Position numbers and translations under genes: made by a program. The notes under the pieces were generated by a model. That model was not told the origin of the DNA. It searched no databases and worked only from the letters and a program-made list of their open reading frames with translations. This document shows positions 27,838 to 37,954 of a stretch of 64,000 nucleotides of DNA, one piece after another. Each line of letters starts with the position of its first letter. Positions within the stretch are counted from its first letter, which is position 1. Source of the DNA: Candidatus Galloscillospira stercoripullorum (GTDB lineage Bacteria; Bacillota; Clostridia; Oscillospirales; Oscillospiraceae); assembly GCA_018715695.1 (NCBI GenBank), contig DVLB01000027.1, forward strand, positions 6,728-70,727. The letters are read 5' to 3'.

Positions 27838-27920
27838 AAAGCTATCGCCGCTGCCAAGGCCATGCAGGATGAGGAGGGCTGAGACTCCTCCCCTCTGTGC
27901 CAAACCAAACCCATAAAGCG

Positions 27921-27957
27921 AGGTCCCCGGCCCAAATGGGCCGGGGACCTTTTTGTG
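27921..27957 (+). terminator. Rho-independent terminator (ancestral EF-G terminator)
   Basis: AGGTCCCCGGCCC-AAAT-GGGCCGGGGACCT followed by TTTTGTGTTT. Confidence 0.8.
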
Positions 27958-27982
27958 TTTCGTCAGAGTGCGGATATGGACA

Positions 27983-29353
27983 TCATCCGTCGTCGCGCTC
28001 CTCCGGGACGTTCTCCGGCTCCTCGCCGCTGTGCTTCTCCTCCATGGGGGGCGGCGGCGTGATGGGGGCGTCCTCCTCCAGGGCGTCGAAGTAGTCCTCG
28101 TCCTGGATCACGGGCCGGCGGTGCCGGATGGCTGAGGTGATAATGGGATAGAGAACGATGGCGATGAGGCCGCCGGAAAAGCCGTTATTATAGAGGTTGA
28201 TGCCCTCCACCGGCGTGCCGGCGTGGAGGACCACCGAGGAGTGGAGAAAGCCCGCCAGCACGCCGAAGGGCCAGCCGAAGTACCCCGAGATGGGGGCCAG
28301 GGTGGTGCAGAACAGGCAGGCCAGCTGCACGGCGCTGTCGTGGATGGACCACTGCATGAGCAGGCTGCCCAGAAAGACCCCGAACATGACGGGCACGATA
28401 TTGCGGGCGTGCTTTCCAAAGGCGGAAAAGCCCATGATGGTGAAGATACCCCCCAGGGTGGGCCCGTTGAGGTCCCCGCCGGAGAGGAGGATGAAGGCCA
28501 TGCCGATCAGGCCGTTGACCCCCATGTTCATCAGCACCGGCTCATGGCCGAACATCCGCAGATAGTCGCTGGGGGCCCGGCCGGTGGTCTGGAGCAGACG
28601 GCGGTAGCCCGCCCACACCGACCATGCGGGCTTTTTGGTGAAAAGGAACGCAGACAGGATCAGAAAGGCACACAGTCCGCCCAGCGCCAGCCCCAGGGGC
28701 AGGTCGTACCCGGTGGCCCAGTGATGGGCGGTGGTGGGGGCGTGGCCCAGGGATGAGAGCACCGGCACCAGCATCATGGCCAGCAGCCCGCAGGCAAAGC
28801 CCATGTTATAGAGGTTCATGCCGTTTTGGATGCGGAAGGTATAGGCGGACAGGGGCGGCAGGATGAAGCCGATGCCCGCTCCCACCAGGATACCGGCCAC
28901 CCAGCCCGTCCAACCGTTGCCGGACAGGCACAGGAAGCTGACCACCGGCGAAAGGGAGGTGGCCAGCAGCGCCACCGAGGCATACCGGGAGAACGGTTCC
29001 CGCCTGGCCTTTGCATAAAGCCAGGCGCCCAGAATGATGGGCCAGATGTTCATAAGGTTCTTGCCGAACAGGGCAAAGCCCGCCATCAGGCCGATCTCCA
29101 CCAGGGTGTAGCCGTTGGGAGACTCCTTGGCCAGCCGGAGCACCAGCACGCTCACCGCCGTCACCAGCGCGGCATTGACAAAGGCCGCCCCCGGTCCGGC
29201 GATGGCCACATAGTCGGTGATCAGGGAGTCCTCCGTAATGAGGATCTTCCAAAGTCCTCCCGGGATGTTCTCCGGCCGGTCCAGCAGCAGGCCCAGCAGG
29301 GCCAGCACACCTGCAAAGGCCAGCAGGTAGCGGTACACTTTTTGATAGCGCAT
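27983..29353 (-). CDS. Large polytopic membrane protein (possibly DUF1576 family)
   Basis: 456 aa with at least 10 predicted TM helices and an acidic C-terminal tail. The family assignment is from memory only. Confidence 0.6.
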   Translation of the reverse strand: MRYQKVYRYLLAFAGVLALLGLLLDRPENIPGGLWKILITEDSLITDYVAIAGPGAAFVNAALVTAVSVLVLRLAKESPNGYTLVEIGLMAGFALFGKNLMNIWPIILGAWLYAKARREPFSRYASVALLATSLSPVVSFLCLSGNGWTGWVAGILVGAGIGFILPPLSAYTFRIQNGMNLYNMGFACGLLAMMLVPVLSSLGHAPTTAHHWATGYDLPLGLALGGLCAFLILSAFLFTKKPAWSVWAGYRRLLQTTGRAPSDYLRMFGHEPVLMNMGVNGLIGMAFILLSGGDLNGPTLGGIFTIMGFSAFGKHARNIVPVMFGVFLGSLLMQWSIHDSAVQLACLFCTTLAPISGYFGWPFGVLAGFLHSSVVLHAGTPVEGINLYNNGFSGGLIAIVLYPIITSAIRHRRPVIQDEDYFDALEEDAPITPPPPMEEKHSGEEPENVPEERDDG

Positions 29354-29525
29354 GGACTCACCTCGGTTGGGTAAACTAATTTTGCAAATGAAGCCGATTT
29401 ATTTCATTTTATCAAAAAGTCATCACCCTTACAATCTTTTTCTCCCTGCGTTCCCACCGCCCGGAGCGGAAGTCGCCTCAGGTACGGAAAACCCCTGCTG
29501 GAGGGTGAAAAAATTCATGAAAGGC

Positions 29526-29554
29526 TTGCATTCGGGCTCTGCGTGTGGTACACT
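29526..29554 (+). promoter_or_regulatory. Candidate promoter of the rimP-nusA-infB operon
   Basis: TTGCAT, a 17-nt spacer, then TACACT with a TG at the extended -10 position. Confidence 0.5.
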
Positions 29555-29667
29555 TGCTACGTTAGTATAGGATCGTTATGGTAAGAGTGGGGCTTGTCTC
29601 CGCTCTTTTTGATTGAAAAAATCACTTGTGGATTTTTCTGGAAGTTCCAGGGAGAGGAGTCCTTCCC

Positions 29668-30123
29668 ATGGCGAAAGTCACCGACATCACCGCCGCTCTG
29701 GCCCGGCCCATCATCGAGCAAAACGGCTGCACTCTGTGGGACGTGGAGTACGTCAAGGAGGCCGGGGAGTGGTTTCTCCGGGTGTATATCGACAAGGACG
29801 GCGGCGTAGACATCAACGACTGCGAGGCGGTGAGCCGCCCTCTGAGCGACGCCCTGGATGAGGCCGACCCCATTGAGGGCAGCTACACCCTGGAGGTGTC
29901 CTCGGCGGGGCTGGACCGGGTGCTCAAGCGCCCGGAGCATTTCGCCGCCTTTCTGGGCAGCCAGGTGGACGTGCGGCTCTACCGGCCCCTGGAGGGCCGC
30001 AAGGACCACTCCGGTCTCTTGAAAGGCTATGAAAACGGCGACGTGACGGTGGAGCTCCCCGGCGGGGCCGTCACCTTTCCTAAGAAGGACGTGGCCCAGG
30101 TCCGCCTGGCCGTGTCGTTTTGA
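29668..30123 (+). CDS. rimP: Ribosome maturation factor RimP
   Basis: Start at MAKVTDI (RBS GGGAGAGGAG). LEVSSAGLDRVLK motif and a position upstream of nusA. Confidence 0.9.
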   Translation: MAKVTDITAALARPIIEQNGCTLWDVEYVKEAGEWFLRVYIDKDGGVDINDCEAVSRPLSDALDEADPIEGSYTLEVSSAGLDRVLKRPEHFAAFLGSQVDVRLYRPLEGRKDHSGLLKGYENGDVTVELPGGAVTFPKKDVAQVRLAVSF

Positions 30124-30171
30124 ACCGTAGAAAAAACTGGGCCCCGGGCCTGTTAAGGAGAATCAGATATT

Positions 30172-31335
30172 ATGCCCAAACGAAATGCAAAGGCACAGAA
30201 GTCCAATGAGCTGGACGCGCCCGAGTTCTTCGCCGCCATCAACATGATCGAGAAGGAGCGGGGCATTCCCAAGGCCTACATGCTCGACAAGATCACCCAG
30301 GCTCTGGTGTCCGCCTATAAGCGGGACCACGAGGGCATCGGCGACAACGTGACCGTGGAGGCCGACGAGGAGCACGCCTCGGTGCGCATGTTCATCAAGA
30401 AGGACGTGGTGGAGACGGTGGACAACGAGTTCACTGAGATCAGCCTGGAGGAGGCCCGTCTCTCCCTGCCCCACGCCCAGCTGGGCGACCTGGTGCGTAT
30501 GGAGATCAAGCCCCGCAACTTCGGCCGCATCGCCGCCCAGACCGCCCGCCAGGTGATCATCCAGGGTATGCGGGAGGCCGAACGGGGCATGATTTACGAT
30601 GAGTTCTCCTCCAAGGAGCACGAGCTGCTCACCGGCGTCATCACCCGCATCGACCCCCGCTCGGGTGCGGTGAGCCTGCGCATCGGCTCGGGCAACGAGG
30701 CCACCGACGCCTTCCTCTCTGCCGGAGAGCAGGTCAAGGGCGAGACCTACCGGGAGGGAGACCGGCTCAAGGTGTATGTGGTGGAGGTCCGCCGGTCCAC
30801 CAAGGGGCCCCAGGTCCTCATCTCCCGTACCCATCCGGGCCTTGTCAAGCGTCTGTTCGAGCTTGAAGTGCCCGAGATTTACGACGGCACCGTGGAGGTC
30901 AAGTCCATCGCCCGGGAGGCGGGCAGCCGCACCAAGCTGGCCGTCTGGTCCGCCGACCCCAATGTGGACCCCATCGGCGCCTGCGTGGGTCCCCGTGGCC
31001 AGCGGGTGAACAATATTGTGGAGGAGCTCAGGGGCGAGAAGGTGGACATCGTCAAGTATTCCGACGATCCCGCCGAGTATGTGGCCGCCGCCCTCTCCCC
31101 CGCCGATGTGATCAGCGTCACCACCCTGAGCGACGGCAAGAGCTGCCGGGTAGTAGTGCCTGACGACCAGCTCTCCCTGGCCATCGGCAAGGAGGGGCAG
31201 AACGCCCGTCTGGCCGCCAAGCTCACCGGCTTCAAGATCGACATCAAGCCCGCCTCCGCCCCCGAGGACGAGGAGCCCCTGGAGGAGGATGTGGTCATCG
31301 AGGATCAGGATCAGCAGGAGGAGATCCAGGCCTGA
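30172..31335 (+). CDS. nusA: Transcription termination/antitermination factor NusA
   Basis: N-terminal domain, S1 and two KH domains (GACVGPRGQRV, AIGKEGQNARLAAKLTG). Confidence 0.95.
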   Translation: MPKRNAKAQKSNELDAPEFFAAINMIEKERGIPKAYMLDKITQALVSAYKRDHEGIGDNVTVEADEEHASVRMFIKKDVVETVDNEFTEISLEEARLSLPHAQLGDLVRMEIKPRNFGRIAAQTARQVIIQGMREAERGMIYDEFSSKEHELLTGVITRIDPRSGAVSLRIGSGNEATDAFLSAGEQVKGETYREGDRLKVYVVEVRRSTKGPQVLISRTHPGLVKRLFELEVPEIYDGTVEVKSIAREAGSRTKLAVWSADPNVDPIGACVGPRGQRVNNIVEELRGEKVDIVKYSDDPAEYVAAALSPADVISVTTLSDGKSCRVVVPDDQLSLAIGKEGQNARLAAKLTGFKIDIKPASAPEDEEPLEEDVVIEDQDQQEEIQA

Positions 31336-31404
31336 TCCGCCATCAGCGCGATTTATAACGGGCCGGGGACACCGTCCCCGGCCGACGGAAAGGAGGCGGG
31401 AAGG

Positions 31405-31680
31405 ATGCCCAAAAAGATCCCCATGCGCCAATGTCTGGGCTGCCGGGAGATGAAGCCCAAGGGCGAGCTGATCCGGGTGGTCAGAAGCCCCGAGGGGGAG
31501 ATCTCCCTGGACTTTCGGGGCAAGAAGCCGGGCCGGGGCGCCTATGTCTGTCCCAGCGGCGAGTGCCTGAAAAAGGTGCGCAAGTCCCGCTCCCTGGAGC
31601 GCGCCTTCTCCACTCAGCTGCCCCCAGAGGTGTGGGAGGCACTGGAGGAACAGATGGCCCGGGGAGGTGGCGAGACATGA
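31405..31680 (+). CDS. ylxR: YlxR/RnpM-family RNA-binding protein (DUF448)
   Basis: PMRQCLGCREMKPKGELIRVV signature in the conserved nusA-ylxR-L7Ae-infB order. Confidence 0.9.
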   Translation: MPKKIPMRQCLGCREMKPKGELIRVVRSPEGEISLDFRGKKPGRGAYVCPSGECLKKVRKSRSLERAFSTQLPPEVWEALEEQMARGGGET

Positions 31681-32249
31681 GCGGAAACCTTCTCTCCCTG
31701 GTGGGCCTTGCCAAGAAGGCGGGCCGGCTGGAGGTGGGCGAGGAGCCGGTGGGCGCCGCTGCCCGCGCCCGGCACGCCAGGCTCATCCTGGTGGCCGCCG
31801 ACGCCGCCGACAACACCTGCCGCCGGGCCGCACACTTCGCCCAGGCGGGCAACGTGCCCTGGGTGCGCGTCCCCTTTACCAAGGCCCAGCTGGGCGCCGC
31901 CCTGGGGCGGAGCACCTGCGCCATGGCCGCCTTTACCGACGTGGGGCTGGCCTCGTCCATGGCCGCCAAGCTCTCCGCCCTGGACAGCGAGACTTACGGC
32001 GAGCTGGCCCAGGCCCTGAGCGGCAAGGCCCAAAAGGCCCTGGAACGACAGAAGGAGCAGCGTGCCCACGAGAAAAAGCTCCAGAAAAACAAGAAGCCCT
32101 GGGCCCCGCCCGCCAGAGCGCCGGAACCGCCCGCCGGGAAGGAAAAGCCCGCCAGGACCTATGTGAAGAAGGGCCCCGCCCCCAAGGGCGGCACCCTTAC
32201 CGTCAAGGGGAAGCTTTCCTTCCCCTCCGGCCCCCGGAAGAAGCCGTGA
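31677..32249 (+). CDS. L7Ae/L30e-family RNA-binding protein (YlxQ-like) with a Lys-rich C-terminal extension
   Basis: The ATG at 31677 overlaps the ylxR stop (ATGA). It has [16 protein letters not shown]...LILVAADA motifs. Confidence 0.8.
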   Translation: MSGNLLSLVGLAKKAGRLEVGEEPVGAAARARHARLILVAADAADNTCRRAAHFAQAGNVPWVRVPFTKAQLGAALGRSTCAMAAFTDVGLASSMAAKLSALDSETYGELAQALSGKAQKALERQKEQRAHEKKLQKNKKPWAPPARAPEPPAGKEKPARTYVKKGPAPKGGTLTVKGKLSFPSGPRKKP

Positions 32250-32364
32250 TGGGCCGAGAGTGCGTACCATTCGTAACTGTATTGAACGGACTTGTTCCAA
32301 TAGGAAAGGGGAAGGAGGTCCTTCCGTTTCCCTATTGGCGCAAGTCCCTATGGAGGTGGCTTAT

Positions 32365-34737
32365 TTGCTGAACAAATACCGTGTGCATGAGGTTGCCAAG
32401 GACTTTGGCAAAAATTCTAAGGAGATCGCCGATATTCTCACCGCCTACGCCACAGCGCCCAAGAACCATATGCAGGTGCTGGAGGACAAGGAGCTCTCCC
32501 TGATCTTTGAGTATCTGACCCAGCACAACGAGATCGAGAGCATCGAGAGCGTCTTTGCCGAGGTCTACCATGAGCCCAAGGCCCCGGCCGCCGCGCCCAA
32601 GGCGCAGCCTGCGGCCAAGGCCGCTGACCACGCCGCCGCGCCCGCCCAGGGCGGCGACGCAGCCAAGAGCGCCGCTCCCGCTCAGAGCGGGGAGGGCAGC
32701 GCGCCCAAGGCGCCTCAGCAGGAGAGCGCGCCCCGCAGCGCCACCCGGGTGCCCGAGAAGAAGGTGGTAGACACCCGCAAGGCCACCAACGTGAACCTGG
32801 ACAAGTACGACGAGCGGCTGGAGAACATCGCCTCCCAGCGCACCCAGAACCCCCATATGCAGGCCGGCAAGCAGAAGTTCCAGGGCCGGGGCCAGCGCCG
32901 GGGCGGCGGCTTCCAGGGCAACAAGCGCCGGGCCGAGGAGCAGGAGAAGATGCGCCGTCTCCAGGCCGAGATCGCCAAGAAGCACCCCACCGTGGTCAAG
33001 ATCCCCGACGAGATCGCCGTGGGCGAGCTGGCCTCCCGCATGAAGAAGACCGGCGCCGAGGTGGTCAAGTGCCTGATGAAAAACGGCGTCATGGCCTCTC
33101 TGAGCGAGATCATCGATTTCGACACCGCCGCCATCATCGCCGAGGAGATGGGCTGCAAGGTGGAGAAGGAGGTCATCGTCACCATCGAGGAGAAGCTCAT
33201 CGACACCGCCGAGGACAAGGCCGAGGACCTGGTGCCCCGGGCCCCCGTGGTGGTGGTCATGGGCCACGTGGACCACGGCAAGACCTCCCTGCTGGACTAT
33301 ATCCGGGACAGCCATGTGGCCGCCGGAGAGGCCGGCGGCATTACCCAGCATATCGGCGCCTACCAGGTGGAAGTCCAGGGCAAGCCGGTCACCTTCCTGG
33401 ACACCCCCGGCCACGAGGCCTTTACCGCCATGCGGGCCCGGGGCGCCATGATCACCGACATCGCCATCCTGGTCGTGGCCGCCGACGACGGCATCATGCC
33501 CCAGACGGTGGAGTCCATCAGCCACGCCAAGGCCGCGGGCATCCCCATCATCGTGGCCATCAACAAAATGGATAAGCCCGACGCCAACCCCGACCGCATC
33601 AAGGAGCAGCTCACCGCCTACGAGCTGGTGCCCGAGGAGTGGGGCGGCGAGACCATCATCTGCCCTATCTCGGCCAAGACCGGCATGGGCATCGACAACC
33701 TGCTGGACATGGTGGTGCTCACCGCCGAGATGCAGGAGCTCAAGGCCAACCCCAACCGCTCCGCCCACGGTGCCGTCATCGAGGCCCGGCTGGACAAGGG
33801 CCGCGGCCCCATCGCCACCCTGCTGGTGCAAAACGGCACCCTTCACCAGGGCGACGTGATCATCGCCGGCACTGCCGTGGGCCGCGTGCGCGCCATGACG
33901 GACCACACCGGCAGAAAGGTCACCCAGGCGGGTCCCTCGGTGCCTGTGGAGATCATCGGCATGAGCGAAGTGCCCGGCGCAGGCGACGACTTCCACGCCG
34001 TGGCCGACGAGCGCATGGCCCGTGAGCTGGTGGAGCAGCGCAAGCATGAGCAGAAAACCCTCACCACCGGCGGCGTGAAGCAGAAGGTCTCCCTGGACGA
34101 TCTGTTCAGCCAGATCCAGGCCGGCGAGATGAAGGATCTGAACATCATCGTCAAGGCCGACGTTCAGGGCAGCGCCGAGGCGGTGAAGTCCTCCCTGGAG
34201 AAGCTCTCCAACGAGGAGGTCCGGGTCCGGGTCATCCACAGCGCCGTTGGCGCCATCAGCGAGAGCGATGTGATGCTGGCCGCCACCTCCGGGGCCATCA
34301 TTGTGGGCTTCAACGTCCGTCCCGACAACAACGCCCGGGACAACGCCGCCCGGCTGGGCGTGGATATGCGGATGTACCGCGTGATCTATGACGCCATTGA
34401 AGAGATCGAGACCGCCATGAAGGGCATGCTGGCTCCCAAGTTCCGGGAGGTGGCCCTGGGCCAGGCTGAGGTGCGGGAGGTCTTCAAGATCACCGGCGCA
34501 GGCATCGTGGCCGGTTGCTACGTCACCGAAGGCAAGATCCAGCGCGGCGCCCAGCTGCGGCTCATGCGGGAAAACATCGTCATCCACGAGGGCGTCATCG
34601 CCACCCTCAAGCGCTTCAAGGACGACGTCAAGGAGGTCGCCCAGGGCTATGAGTGCGGCATTACCATTGAAAAGTACGGCGACGTGAAGATCGGCGACGT
34701 CATCGAAGCGTTTATTATGGAACAGATCCAGGTGTAA
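32365..34737 (+). CDS. infB: Translation initiation factor IF-2
   Basis: GTPase domain ([21 protein letters not shown]). TTG at 32365 lies 6 nt after GGAGGTG and gives [15 protein letters not shown]. In-frame alternatives are the ATG at 32350 and the GTG at 32260. Confidence 0.9.
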   Translation: MLNKYRVHEVAKDFGKNSKEIADILTAYATAPKNHMQVLEDKELSLIFEYLTQHNEIESIESVFAEVYHEPKAPAAAPKAQPAAKAADHAAAPAQGGDAAKSAAPAQSGEGSAPKAPQQESAPRSATRVPEKKVVDTRKATNVNLDKYDERLENIASQRTQNPHMQAGKQKFQGRGQRRGGGFQGNKRRAEEQEKMRRLQAEIAKKHPTVVKIPDEIAVGELASRMKKTGAEVVKCLMKNGVMASLSEIIDFDTAAIIAEEMGCKVEKEVIVTIEEKLIDTAEDKAEDLVPRAPVVVVMGHVDHGKTSLLDYIRDSHVAAGEAGGITQHIGAYQVEVQGKPVTFLDTPGHEAFTAMRARGAMITDIAILVVAADDGIMPQTVESISHAKAAGIPIIVAINKMDKPDANPDRIKEQLTAYELVPEEWGGETIICPISAKTGMGIDNLLDMVVLTAEMQELKANPNRSAHGAVIEARLDKGRGPIATLLVQNGTLHQGDVIIAGTAVGRVRAMTDHTGRKVTQAGPSVPVEIIGMSEVPGAGDDFHAVADERMARELVEQRKHEQKTLTTGGVKQKVSLDDLFSQIQAGEMKDLNIIVKADVQGSAEAVKSSLEKLSNEEVRVRVIHSAVGAISESDVMLAATSGAIIVGFNVRPDNNARDNAARLGVDMRMYRVIYDAIEEIETAMKGMLAPKFREVALGQAEVREVFKITGAGIVAGCYVTEGKIQRGAQLRLMRENIVIHEGVIATLKRFKDDVKEVAQGYECGITIEKYGDVKIGDVIEAFIMEQIQV

Positions 34738-34778
34738 TCTCTTCCCGGCAAATCAAAGGTGAAAGGGAGGATTCTTCT

Positions 34779-36347
34779 ATGCGGTGGAAATTCTTTGGAC
34801 GGCGCTTTGCCGCCGCCGCCCTAGCACTGAGCCTTACCGTCGGCGCGGCGGGCGTCATGCCCGCAGAGGCGCTGAGCGAATACTACACCCAGTACTCCGG
34901 ATGGGCCGCCGCCGACCTGCAGCGGGCGGAGGACATGGGCCTTTTGATGTCCTACTACATGGAGGCCGACCTTAAGGGGGACATCACCCGGCATGAGTTC
35001 GCCGTGCTGGCGGCCAAGGTCGCCCGTGAGCTGGGCCTCACCCTGGACTTCGACGTAGCCGACTGTCCCTTCACCGACCTGCCCTACAAGAGCAGGTCCT
35101 ATGTGGCAGCCGCCTGGAAGGCGGGCCTCATCAACGGCGTCTCCGCCACGGAGTTTGACCCCTACCGCACCATCACCCGCATGGAGGTCTGCACCCTCGT
35201 CAGCCGGATCATGGACAAGTGCGGCGCCGTCCTGCCCCAGAAGGTGGGCGGTGTGGCGCAGCTGCTGGACTCGGGCAGTGAGGGCTCCATCCCCGCCTGG
35301 GCCAAACAGGGCGTCATTGACATCGTGGGTGCCGGTCTCATGGAGGGCTACGGCGGCTCCCTGCACCTGCGGGACTCCCTCTCCCGGGAGGAGGCCGTGG
35401 TCCTCATCCTGCGCAGCCTGGACCAGGGCTCCGACGCCCAGGTGGCGGACCTCTTCACCGAAGCGGAGTGGGCCGAGATCGAGCAGCTGCGGGCGTTGGC
35501 CGACTTCGGCTACTCCGGCTCTGCCTATGCCCAGATACCGTCCTCCGGCGCCCCCTATGCCCAGGGCTCCCTCAATGACGCCTTCCTCCAGAACGGCCTC
35601 AACACCGTCAACTACGTCCGTGCCCTGGCGGGCCTGGATGCGGTCACCCTCTCCGCGTCCAAGAACGACGCCGCCCAGGCCGGGGCCTTGCTGCTGGCCG
35701 CCAGCAATTACAGCCACTACCCTTCCCAGCCCGCGGATATGTCCGATGAGCTGTACGCCAAGGGCTACGCCGCCACCTCCACCAGCAACATCGGCAGCGG
35801 CTACTATAACCTCTCTGAGTTCACTCTGGACTGTATCGATGACTCCCAGCCCTCCAACATCACCGGCCTGGGCCACCGGCGCTGGCTGCTGGACCCCACT
35901 CTCACCTCCGTGGGCATGGGCTATGTGGAGGGGCGGTGCACCACCCAGGTGGTGGACAGCACCTTCCGCAGCTGGCAGAGTTCCGACCAGGACTATGTGC
36001 TCTGGCCCTCGGCGGGGCTGTTCCCCTCGGAGCTGTTCCACGACGGGCTGGCCTGGAGCTGTTCTCTCAACCCCAGCGTCTATTCCTCCAAGTCCCAGCC
36101 CACCATCACCGTCACCGACGGCCGGGGCAACACCTGGAGCAGGACCGCCGCCTACGGCCAGATCGACCTGAATGACTTCGCCATCATGGACGTCTCCATC
36201 GGCTACGGCGGCTCCCCCTGCATCATCTTCGTCCCCTCGGGGCTGGAGTACGCCGTGGGCGAGACCATTACGGTGGAGATCTCGGGGCTCTACCTGCAGT
36301 CGGGCGCACCCAACACCATCACCTATACCGTCAAGCTGTTTGAATGA
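34779..36347 (+). CDS. Secreted SLH-domain protein with a C-terminal CAP/SCP (YkwD-like) domain
   Basis: Signal peptide, SLH repeats (FTDLP...AAAWKAGLINGVSATEFDPYRTITRMEV) and a CAP motif GHRRWLLDP. Confidence 0.8.
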   Translation: MRWKFFGRRFAAAALALSLTVGAAGVMPAEALSEYYTQYSGWAAADLQRAEDMGLLMSYYMEADLKGDITRHEFAVLAAKVARELGLTLDFDVADCPFTDLPYKSRSYVAAAWKAGLINGVSATEFDPYRTITRMEVCTLVSRIMDKCGAVLPQKVGGVAQLLDSGSEGSIPAWAKQGVIDIVGAGLMEGYGGSLHLRDSLSREEAVVLILRSLDQGSDAQVADLFTEAEWAEIEQLRALADFGYSGSAYAQIPSSGAPYAQGSLNDAFLQNGLNTVNYVRALAGLDAVTLSASKNDAAQAGALLLAASNYSHYPSQPADMSDELYAKGYAATSTSNIGSGYYNLSEFTLDCIDDSQPSNITGLGHRRWLLDPTLTSVGMGYVEGRCTTQVVDSTFRSWQSSDQDYVLWPSAGLFPSELFHDGLAWSCSLNPSVYSSKSQPTITVTDGRGNTWSRTAAYGQIDLNDFAIMDVSIGYGGSPCIIFVPSGLEYAVGETITVEISGLYLQSGAPNTITYTVKLFE

Positions 36348-36414
36348 AAACATGGGCCCGTTCCATCCCCAGGTCATGGAGGAGGGGACGGGCCCTGATA
36401 TTAAGGAGAATCAT

Positions 36415-36804
36415 ATGTCTGGAAATCGAATGGGACGCATCAACGAGGAGATTCAGCGGGAGCTCTCCGCTCTCATCCCCACGGTGAAGGACCCCCGGGT
36501 CACCGGCCTGATCTCGGTGACCGCGGTGGACACCACCGCTGACCTCAAGTACGCCAAGGTCTATATCAGTGTGCTGGACCGGTCCGACCGCGCCCAGGTC
36601 CTCAAGGGGCTCAAGTCGGCCGCCGGCTATCTGCGCCGGGAGCTGGGCCGCACGCTGAACCTGCGCGCCACCCCCGAGCTCACCTTCATTCAGGACGACT
36701 CCATCGACAAGGGCGCCCACATCCTGGGCCTTCTGCGGGATGAGACGGTGGTCAAGCCCGCCAACCCCGCCAACGCCCACATCGTGCTCGGCGAGGAGGA
36801 GTGA
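36415..36804 (+). CDS. rbfA: Ribosome-binding factor A
   Basis: RMGRINEEIQRELSALI...DPRV...ITVTAVD..DLKYAKVY. RBS AAGGAG lies before the ATG at 36415. Confidence 0.92.
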   Translation: MSGNRMGRINEEIQRELSALIPTVKDPRVTGLISVTAVDTTADLKYAKVYISVLDRSDRAQVLKGLKSAAGYLRRELGRTLNLRATPELTFIQDDSIDKGAHILGLLRDETVVKPANPANAHIVLGEEE

Positions 36805-37757
36805 CCATGACCATCCAGGAGGCCGCCGCCTTCCTCGCCGCCCACGACGGCTATCTCATTCTCACCCATGTCCGGCCCGACGGGGACACGGTGGGCTCCG
36901 CCGCCGCTCTGTGCCGGGGTCTCCGGCAGCTGGGCAAGCGGGCCTTCGTGCTGCCCAATCCCGAGGCTACCGCCCTCTTCACCCCCTATTTTGAGGGCCT
37001 GCTCTCTCCCGAGGGCTTTGCGCCTGATACAGTGGTGTCAGTGGACATCGCCGCCCGTTCCCTCTTTCCGAAAAACGCGGAGCCCTATGTGGAGCGGGTG
37101 GATCTGGCCATTGACCACCACCCCTCCCAGGAGTTTTTCGCCCGGGAGACCTGTCTGGACAGCGGTCGGGCTGCCTGCGGGGAGCTGATGTATGACATTC
37201 TCCGGGAGCTGGGCCCCCTGAGCGCCGAGATGGGAGAGGCTCTCTATGTGGCCGTGTCCACCGACTGCGGCTGCTTTGTTTACAGCAACACCACCCCCGA
37301 CACCCACCGGGTGGCGGCCGCGCTCATGGAGACCGGCTTTGACGCCTTCCCTGTAAACCGCCGCTTCTTCCGCACCAAGTCCTTCAAGCGGCTGAAGCTG
37401 GAGGGGATGCTCACCGAGGGCATGGAGCTGCGGGACGGCGGTTCCACCGCTCTGGTCTTCCTCACCATCGCCATGGTGGACGCTCTGCAGGCCACCGAGG
37501 AGGACATGGACGACATCTCCGCCTTCGTAGGTCAGATCGAGGGAGTACGCACCGGGGCCACCCTGAAGGAGACCCGGGACGGGAACGTGAAGATCTCACT
37601 GCGCACCGACCCCGCCGACCTCAACGCCAGCGCCGTGTGCGCTCTGCTGGGGGGCGGCGGCCACGCCGCCGCCAGCGGTGCCATGCTCCGGGGAGTCACC
37701 ATGGCCCAAGCCCGGCAGGCCTTGGTGGACGCCATGGAGAAGGTGCGCCATGGCTGA
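36801..37757 (+). CDS. nrnA: DHH/DHHA1 phosphoesterase (NrnA-type oligoribonuclease/pAp phosphatase)
   Basis: HVRPDGDTVGS, AIDHHPS and GGGHAAASG motifs. The start overlaps the rbfA stop. Confidence 0.85.
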   Translation: MTMTIQEAAAFLAAHDGYLILTHVRPDGDTVGSAAALCRGLRQLGKRAFVLPNPEATALFTPYFEGLLSPEGFAPDTVVSVDIAARSLFPKNAEPYVERVDLAIDHHPSQEFFARETCLDSGRAACGELMYDILRELGPLSAEMGEALYVAVSTDCGCFVYSNTTPDTHRVAAALMETGFDAFPVNRRFFRTKSFKRLKLEGMLTEGMELRDGGSTALVFLTIAMVDALQATEEDMDDISAFVGQIEGVRTGATLKETRDGNVKISLRTDPADLNASAVCALLGGGGHAAASGAMLRGVTMAQARQALVDAMEKVRHG

Positions 37758-37812
37758 CGGCATCCTCATCATCGACAAGCCCGCCGCTTGGACAAGCATG
37801 GACGTATGCGCC

Positions 37813-37954
37813 CCACGCCCAAGGATGGGCGCGGGGACCCCTAAGATTTTCTCATCCTCGGCGGAAATGAATTCCGCCTGCGGCAAGGTTTTGCCTCCGG
37901 CAAAACGCTTGTACGGCGCAAAAGCGCCGGATCTTGGCGCACGGGAGGCTCTCT
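37813..37954 (+). repeat. Hairpin-mosaic repeat, family B, inserted 63 nt into the ancestral truB 5' end
   Basis: It carries the family-B core (GGGGACCCC...GGCGGAAATGAATTCCGCC...CAAGGTTTTGCCTCCGGCAAAACGCTTGTACGGCGC). It is flanked by 63-nt copies of the truB start at 37750-37812 and 37955-38017. Confidence 0.85.

Noticed and set aside
27124-27882. A 252-aa plus-strand ORF ending in AIAAAKAMQDEEG.
   Set aside because: It is an out-of-frame overlap of the EF-G gene that happens to run into the duplicated gene end. Its translation is Arg/Gly/Pro-rich and not protein-like.
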